In this document: piece after piece, positions 57,863-64,000 of the stretch
Layout: each line of letters opens with the position of its first letter
How positions within the stretch are numbered: the first letter of the stretch is position 1
Source: Bradymonadia bacterium
Lineage (GTDB): Bacteria; Myxococcota_A; Bradymonadia; UBA7976; UBA1532
Length of the DNA: 64,000 nt
Direction: 5' to 3'
Assembly (NCBI GenBank): GCA_046290225.1
Contig: JBKAGE010000078.1
Coordinates: forward strand, 224,001-288,000
Translations under genes and position numbers: made by a program
The notes under the pieces: model-generated
Seen by the model: the letters and a program-made list of their open reading frames with translations, nothing else
Database searches by the model: none
Told to the model about the DNA's origin: nothing

Positions 57863-58840
57863 CTAGGAAATGTGGGCGCCCACCTGCATGGTGGACAACA
57901 AGACCGCCTTGGTCAGGGCCAGGCGGTTGTCGGCCTGCTGATAGATCAGCGACCGGTCAGAATCGATCACCGCGTCGGCGACCTCTTCTCCCCGGCGGGC
58001 GGGGAGGCAGTGCATGAAGACGGCGTCGGGGGCAGCCCGAGCGAAGCGCTCTTCATTGAGGATCCAGCCAGCGAAGGGCGCGGCGAGGGCGCTGGCCTCT
58101 TCAGGCTGGTGCAGCAAGTCGAAGGGGGCCCAGGCTCGGGGATAGACGGCATCTGCCCCTTCCACCGCAGCGTCCATGTCAGCGACCACCTCGAGGCGAC
58201 CGCCCCCCGCTTCGGCACCCTTCCGAGCGCGGTCGAGGGCCGCCTTGGGCAGTTCGAAGCCCGGCGGATGGGCCAGTCGAACGGTCATGCCCAGACGGGG
58301 CAACAAAGACAACAGACCCTGAGAGACTGAAGCAGGCTGGCTGGGGGCTTTGTTGTACGCCCAGGTCACCGCCACCGTGCGGCCAGACAAATCAGCACCG
58401 AATCGCGCCCGCAGCGTGGCCAGATCGGCGAGGGTCTGGATCGGGTGGTCCAGATCGCACTGCAGGTTGTAGACCGGGCGCTCGGTGGCACCGGCCACGG
58501 TCTCGATGAAGGTGTTGGCCTTACCCGGAACCAGCGGATGGCGGATGCCGATGGCGTCTCCCTCGTCAGCGATCCGCGCCATGGCTCGAGCGGGCTCGTC
58601 TCCCTTGAGCGCGGCAAAGCCACCAGCGGTGACATCGCGCACGTTGGCGCCGAGTTGTCGGGCGGCCTCGACGAAGGAGGCCTTGGTCCGAGTGGACTCT
58701 GACAGGAAGGCCAGGAGCAGCGTACGCCCGGTGAGGGGCTGACCGGGATCTTCAGTCCGGAGCCTGCGGGCGAGACTGAGCAGCGCTTCGATGTCTTCGA
58801 GAGGCAATGCGTCGGTGGTGATGAGACTGTGTAGGGCCAT
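57863..58840 (-). CDS. Carbamoyltransferase, YgeW-like (knotted transcarbamylase) subgroup
   Basis: STRT, NLQCDLDHPIQ, VTWAY....P.SV.QG, FMHCLP, QADNR. Confidence 0.75.
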   Translation of the reverse strand: MALHSLITTDALPLEDIEALLSLARRLRTEDPGQPLTGRTLLLAFLSESTRTKASFVEAARQLGANVRDVTAGGFAALKGDEPARAMARIADEGDAIGIRHPLVPGKANTFIETVAGATERPVYNLQCDLDHPIQTLADLATLRARFGADLSGRTVAVTWAYNKAPSQPASVSQGLLSLLPRLGMTVRLAHPPGFELPKAALDRARKGAEAGGGRLEVVADMDAAVEGADAVYPRAWAPFDLLHQPEEASALAAPFAGWILNEERFARAAPDAVFMHCLPARRGEEVADAVIDSDRSLIYQQADNRLALTKAVLLSTMQVGAHIS

Positions 58841-58892
58841 GCTGTGCTCTGTGATACGGAGTGCTGTGATGCAGAGTGATGAGGGCCTGGGC

Positions 58893-60515
58893 TCAGCCCG
58901 CAGGCTTGCCCAGACGCAGAATGGTCTGACCGAGCATCACCGCGTCGCCCACCTGCAGGTGCCTGGCGCTCTTCAGCTTCACCCAGGTGCCATTCCTGCT
59001 GGTGAGATCGCGCAGGGTGAGATGGCTGGCCCGAGGGAGAGCCAGGGCATGGATGCCACTCATGAAGGTGTCGTGGGTGAAGACCCAGTCGCCGACGTGG
59101 CGACCGATGCGGCAGCCCTCATCTTGCAGATAGTGGGTGTTGTACGCTCGACCTTCATGGTCGACCTGCACCAGACGCCACTGCACCTTCGAGGGCCGGT
59201 CGACGTACATCTTCGAGCCCAACCGCTCAGTGCCATCGTCGGTGGGCGCAGCCACGGGCAAGGGCTCGACGCGCTCTGCCCGGAGCACCTGCTGGCCGAC
59301 AAGACAGAGCTCGCCGTCTCCCAGCTGGACGTCGCCGCGCACCCTCATCCAGATGCCGTTGCTCTCATCGAGGGGCTCCACCACCACACCATCTGGCTCC
59401 GGCACGAACCGACCATGGAGCGGTGCCATGCGCAGGTCGCCTTCGATGACGACGTCTGCCTGGGCGCGACCGACGGTGACACCATCATCGGCAATGGGGA
59501 TGCCATAGCTCTGCTCGAGGTTGTTCGACAACGCCCGGAGCACGAAACGCGCAGCCTTGGGCAGCGGCGGCGGCACGGGGCGCACGTCGTCGGGCAGCTC
59601 GATGGCCTCGAAGTCTCCTGTCTGGAGCACCTCGGCTTCGGAGGTGACCTGATCCAGAGGCACTAGGTCGATGGAGCTGAGCGGCTCACTGTTGTCGATG
59701 ACCACCTCGGGCCTGCTGATGGCCGGCGTCATGGTCTCTGCGAGGGTGCCCTTGGCAGACAATTCAGCGTCCGCGAGGGCCTCGCTGGACAGCTCAGGCG
59801 GCTCTGTAGGTGGTGGCAGCAACTCTTCAGAGGCCAACGTGTCCTGACTGGGGAGCCCCTCGGAGATCGAGTCTGGCCCCGCCTCTTCGAAGTCGTCGAG
59901 AGAGCCATCTTCCGGCTCGATCTCGTCCAGCGTGCTCACCTTGTCCGCCGCGGCCTTCTCGTCGACCCTGACCACAGGGGTCTCGGCGAGGGTGGCCATA
60001 GGCGTCGGGGCCATGGGTACAGGCATGGGCACGGGGACAGGCGTCTCACCTGAAGTCTCAACGGGCGCATCTACCGGGACGGCGGCGCGCCCCTGAGCGG
60101 GAAACTTGTCGAGGCTCGAGAGCGCCTTCATCGATGCGGGCTTCGCCGAGGGCACACCTGGGGCCAGCGCGGCATTCGTCGGTGAAGTCATCACCGGGGT
60201 ATCGGACACTCCCGCAGCAGAGGTGCTGCTCCCCTGCCCCACCCTGAGCGCCCGCGCCACAGCGCCGAGATCAACCGCCTTGGACCGCTTCCGACCATTT
60301 TCCGTGGTGTCAACCTCGTCGGCACCTTGAGCACCCAACGGGCTCAGATCCACCACGGTGGGTCGCTCCTTGCGCGCCTTCACTGAGGGCGCGGGAGGCT
60401 CGGCCACGCGCGACCGGCTCAGCGTGCGCCCGCAGTGCACACAGAAGACCGAACCATGAGGGCTCTCACCCCCACAGTGTCGACACACGACCATCTGCGG
60501 GTTTTCACCGGACAT
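58893..60515 (-). CDS. Zinc-ribbon protein with two FHA domains
   Basis: N-terminal CRHCG...FCVHCG; acidic Pro-rich linker; two GR...H...NG FHA motifs. Confidence 0.85.
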   Translation of the reverse strand: MSGENPQMVVCRHCGGESPHGSVFCVHCGRTLSRSRVAEPPAPSVKARKERPTVVDLSPLGAQGADEVDTTENGRKRSKAVDLGAVARALRVGQGSSTSAAGVSDTPVMTSPTNAALAPGVPSAKPASMKALSSLDKFPAQGRAAVPVDAPVETSGETPVPVPMPVPMAPTPMATLAETPVVRVDEKAAADKVSTLDEIEPEDGSLDDFEEAGPDSISEGLPSQDTLASEELLPPPTEPPELSSEALADAELSAKGTLAETMTPAISRPEVVIDNSEPLSSIDLVPLDQVTSEAEVLQTGDFEAIELPDDVRPVPPPLPKAARFVLRALSNNLEQSYGIPIADDGVTVGRAQADVVIEGDLRMAPLHGRFVPEPDGVVVEPLDESNGIWMRVRGDVQLGDGELCLVGQQVLRAERVEPLPVAAPTDDGTERLGSKMYVDRPSKVQWRLVQVDHEGRAYNTHYLQDEGCRIGRHVGDWVFTHDTFMSGIHALALPRASHLTLRDLTSRNGTWVKLKSARHLQVGDAVMLGQTILRLGKPAG

Positions 60516-60739
60516 GCACGCCCCTCGTGGTGGCTCTCGCCCTGCCAGTCGCTAGGCCCTGGTTCAGGGGCTGGCTCAGAGCGCGTCGGCCTGTGGGAAG
60601 GTGGTGGGTCAAATCGCTGTTCTTTCTTTGAGTTTGTGGTGTAGCCCATGGCCACAGGAGGGTCAAGGTCCACCAGACCCATGACACCCCAGGGTGCATA
60701 AGGTTGTGCCCGTGACCCGATCGAGGACACTCTACGGCC

Positions 60740-62587
60740 ATGAAATACGCACTCTGCCTGTTCCTCAGCCTTACGCTCACCGCCTGTGGTGGGGGCCTCG
60801 TCGACCGCCCACCTCTCCCTGAGACCTCGAGCCTTCGAGACAAGACAGAGCTCAAAGTGGGCATCGAGGCCTTCGATGAAGGGCGCTTCAAAGCAGCCCG
60901 TATTCAGTTCGAGCGGTTACTCAAGGAGAACCAGGACCAAGCCATCGTGGCCCACGCCCGCTACTACATGGGTCGGATGCTCGGGCAGTCTGATCCCATA
61001 AAGGGCGCTCAGGCCCTCGAAGATCTTGCCACCGAGCTGGTGGAAGGACAGCTGCACCTCGCGGCGAGGGCCTATGGGGCAGAAGCCGCCGCTCGGGGCC
61101 ATCAATGCGCCCGAGCACGGGCCGGCGCCTCCGCCGTGCACGATCATGTGGGCGGCGCCACCCGGGCAGATCTGATGCTCTCCCTGTCCAAGTGCTTCCC
61201 ACCCCCTCAGGCCATGGCCCGCCTCGATGATGGTGCTCGCGCCGCCCACGATGCCAAAGATGAGGCCCGCGTGAGCAAGATCCGGGCAGAGGCCGTCGTA
61301 CGTGCAGCTCAGCTTCAGCCGGGTGATCGGCCAGTGATCACCGAGATGGTCATGGAGGGCCCTCTGGAGTCGGTGATGACCGGCTCGGTCGCCGAGCCTG
61401 AGCCTGTAGAATCCGCCCCGGTGGAAGACGTCCCTGTGGAGAGTTCGCCCACTCAAGAGGCGCCTGCCGTGGAAGATCCTGGGGCGCTGCTGCCCCCGGA
61501 CAGTGGGGCCTCAGTAGGCCCCATGGCGCCGGCGGGCCCCCCGCGCATCGTCGTGCTCCTCCCGCTGTCCGGCCGCTCCGCCCCGTTGGGTGATCGACTG
61601 CGCGGTGTCATCGATCTCGTCGTGGACGAAGATCACCCGGAGGGCAGCCCCCAGATCACGGTGAAAGATGCAGGATCCGTAGCCAAGACCCGAGCGGCGC
61701 TGAGTGAGCTCGCCGGCTCGACGAACGTCTCGGGCATCATCGCCATTCTCGATCGGGCCACCGCTCAAGGCAGCGGGGACGCCTTTGCAAATCTCGCTCT
61801 GCCGGTCATCGCCCTCACCCTCGGTCAGGCCCCCATGGCACACGAGGGTGTCTGGCGGGGCCTGCACACCCCTCCGCTCGTGGCTCAGGCTGCAGCACGG
61901 GCGGGCCTCGATGCCGGCGGCCGGCGAGCGGCGATCCTGTACCCCGACATCAGCTACGGAAGAGTCCTCACTCAACTGTTTCGGGGCAGCTGGCAGGCGG
62001 GCGGCGGGCAAATCGTCAAGGCCCGCAGTTGGTCGGGCACGAAGCCTGACATCAAGTCACTCGTCCGCGCCCTCAAAGGGGTGGAATTCGACACACTGTT
62101 CATCCCCGCCCCACCTCAGAGTGCCGCCACCGTCTTGAGCCACCTCGCCGCAGAGGCCGGCGTCTGGTCCAAGAGCCAGCGGCGCTCGATGAAGGGTCGC
62201 AAAGGCGTCAAGGAGGTCACCCTGCTCGGCGTGCCCGAGTGGTACACACCCAAGATCATCGACCAGGCCGGCCGCTACGTCGATGGCGCATTGTTGCCTG
62301 TGCCCTATGCTGCCGAGACGGCTGGGGGTGGAACCTTCGCGGGGCAATATGTTGCCCGCCACAACCGGGCACCCACCGCATTCGAAGCGCTGCTGATGGA
62401 CGCCATCAGCGCGCTCAGTCGCGCCCATGATGCCGCCCGCTCCACCGGGGTATCCGTCGCCAGCGCGCTGCAAGGCACCCGATATGCTCAAGCGAGCGTC
62501 GGCTACGACTTCAGCCGAAAAGAGGCTGTGCAGTCACTCTTCATGCTCGAGATTACGCCCGACGGGTTTCGCCCACTGAATCGGTGA
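60740..62587 (+). CDS. LppC/LpoA-like lipoprotein (TPR plus periplasmic binding protein type 1 domain)
   Basis: Lipobox LTAC; TPR-like helices; IVVLLPLSG, AILYP...YG, FDTLFIP. Confidence 0.75.
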   Translation: MKYALCLFLSLTLTACGGGLVDRPPLPETSSLRDKTELKVGIEAFDEGRFKAARIQFERLLKENQDQAIVAHARYYMGRMLGQSDPIKGAQALEDLATELVEGQLHLAARAYGAEAAARGHQCARARAGASAVHDHVGGATRADLMLSLSKCFPPPQAMARLDDGARAAHDAKDEARVSKIRAEAVVRAAQLQPGDRPVITEMVMEGPLESVMTGSVAEPEPVESAPVEDVPVESSPTQEAPAVEDPGALLPPDSGASVGPMAPAGPPRIVVLLPLSGRSAPLGDRLRGVIDLVVDEDHPEGSPQITVKDAGSVAKTRAALSELAGSTNVSGIIAILDRATAQGSGDAFANLALPVIALTLGQAPMAHEGVWRGLHTPPLVAQAAARAGLDAGGRRAAILYPDISYGRVLTQLFRGSWQAGGGQIVKARSWSGTKPDIKSLVRALKGVEFDTLFIPAPPQSAATVLSHLAAEAGVWSKSQRRSMKGRKGVKEVTLLGVPEWYTPKIIDQAGRYVDGALLPVPYAAETAGGGTFAGQYVARHNRAPTAFEALLMDAISALSRAHDAARSTGVSVASALQGTRYAQASVGYDFSRKEAVQSLFMLEITPDGFRPLNR

Positions 62588-62607
62588 AGGCGAGGCAGAC
62601 CGCGTGC

Positions 62608-63843
62608 TCAGGTGAGCAGGTACATCGCCGCAGCCCCGATACTCGCCGTCAGGACAGCCCCCACCAGCACCCAGGGCCAGGCCCCCGATCGTCCTCGAGG
62701 CGTTTGACCAGCCCCACCGGCCCATGTGGGCTCTGGCGCCTCGTCCAGTTGCCCCATGCTCCACTCTCCAGTAGGGCGGTCGGTGACAGGGACCGCCACA
62801 CGTTGCTCTGAAGGTGTGGGCACGTCGAACACCAGCGCATTGAGATCCGAGGCTGATGCCTGAGCGGATGGGCCCTTCCAGAGCCGATCGACCCAGTTGG
62901 CGAGATCACGGCTCGTCGCCTGGGGAAAGTGCGGCATCGAGGACATCAGCAAATGGTGGAGGAAGCCATCAGCGTCTTCGAACCGATCTCTGGGATCAGG
63001 TGAGAGCGCCCTGAGGATCACCCGCTCAAGAGAGATGGGCAGGTTGGGCATGTGGGCCGTGGGCGGGACCAGACGCTGGCCGTCCCAGGGCATGTAGCCG
63101 GTGAGGGTGCGGTACAGCACCACCCCAGCGGAGAACAGGTCGGCCCGGGCGTCGGGCATACCCCCCGCCCTCACCTCAGGAGCCACATAGGCCGCGGAAG
63201 CCGGATCAGAGAGCGCCGTGGGCCCCATGGGCAGCCCGAAGTCGGCGAGCTTCACCTGACCATCCCGGGAGATGAGCACCGTGGAGGGCCGCACAGCCCG
63301 ATGCACGACACCCACCCGGCCCTGCTCGTCGGTGTGCCTGTGGGCATAGTCGAGGGCCTTGAGCAGCTGGGACACGACGAAGATGGCCAACGGCGCCGAT
63401 AACACCCGCACTCGAGTGCGCGAAAGCAAGCCATTGACGTCGGACAAACGCGGGCCATCGACGGCCTCGAACACGATGAAGGGCGCGCCTTCGCGACGAC
63501 CGACGTCGAGGACCTGTACGATGTGGGCGTGATTGAGCTGAGCCGCGAGGCGGGCCTCTTCCATGAAGGCCTTCACCTGCGAGCGCTCGGCGGCGAGAGC
63601 AGGCCTGAGGCGCTTGATCAAGACCGGGCGTCGGAAGGCCTCTGCCCCCATCAATGCCCCGGTGTACACCTCTACAGCCGACCCCTCGGCCACTCGAGGA
63701 CCCCAGAGATATCGACCCACAGCGGTGCTGTCCGCTGGGCCAACCGGGGCAGTCGTGCCCGCATCACCGATGAGGGTGCTGGAGCGGTTTTGGGGGAATG
63801 TGTCGCCGGGAGTGTGCACTGACTGCGCTCCAAGCCACCACAT
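62608..63843 (-). CDS. Membrane-anchored Ser/Thr kinase-like protein (probable pseudokinase)
   Basis: IKRL, EEARLAAQLNH, HRAVRP (HRD lost), DFG, YVAPE, DLFS.G; C-terminal TM. Confidence 0.85.
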   Translation of the reverse strand: MWWLGAQSVHTPGDTFPQNRSSTLIGDAGTTAPVGPADSTAVGRYLWGPRVAEGSAVEVYTGALMGAEAFRRPVLIKRLRPALAAERSQVKAFMEEARLAAQLNHAHIVQVLDVGRREGAPFIVFEAVDGPRLSDVNGLLSRTRVRVLSAPLAIFVVSQLLKALDYAHRHTDEQGRVGVVHRAVRPSTVLISRDGQVKLADFGLPMGPTALSDPASAAYVAPEVRAGGMPDARADLFSAGVVLYRTLTGYMPWDGQRLVPPTAHMPNLPISLERVILRALSPDPRDRFEDADGFLHHLLMSSMPHFPQATSRDLANWVDRLWKGPSAQASASDLNALVFDVPTPSEQRVAVPVTDRPTGEWSMGQLDEAPEPTWAGGAGQTPRGRSGAWPWVLVGAVLTASIGAAAMYLLT

Positions 63844-64000
63844 GGGGGGAGATGTGTACGTTCGGTGGCGCTTATAGCACGAAGCGGCGACATGCCCCCA
63901 CTGACTTTACACATTCTTCCATGGTTTCAGCCTGTTCGAGTCAAAGCTGTCAAAAACTGACCTGTGCCCCCGAGTGAATCAGGCGCTGATGACCTCAGGT

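Noticed and set aside
60638..60666. TTGACC-17-TACACC promoter for the FHA gene
   Set aside because: The -10 box lacks the conserved final T; too weak to call.

Overview
High-GC bacterial chromosome segment. Gene content (MopE-type Cys/Asp repeat lipoprotein, zinc-ribbon double-FHA protein, eukaryote-like kinase, 3-TM SecE, sigma54 minor-pilin cluster) suggests Myxococcota or a related former deltaproteobacterium; this assignment is inference. 1-28 kb is accessory and housekeeping: a type IV minor pilin cluster (fimU/pilV/pilW-like) divergent from a beta-barrel plus 11-heme cytochrome pair, a lipoprotein plus FadL-like channel, prfC, murJ, ubiB, yitJ, a CPA1 antiporter, pckA, trmH, a PBP-HK-RR system, an IYD-like nitroreductase and acpS. 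28-54.5 kb is the tRNA/tuf-secE-nusG-rif-str-S10-spc-alpha superoperon on the minus strand. 54.7-64 kb holds rlmB, pyrF, proS, a YgeW-like carbamoyltransferase, an FHA protein, an LpoA-like lipoprotein and a pseudokinase. The most striking observation is that the otherwise perfectly ordered superoperon cleanly lacks rpoC, rplC, rpsN, rpsD, adk-map-infA, the str-operon tuf and rpmG. The junctions look native, with intact RBSs and a near-consensus promoter 43 nt after the rpoB stop. No CRISPR array, rRNA gene or mobile element was seen.
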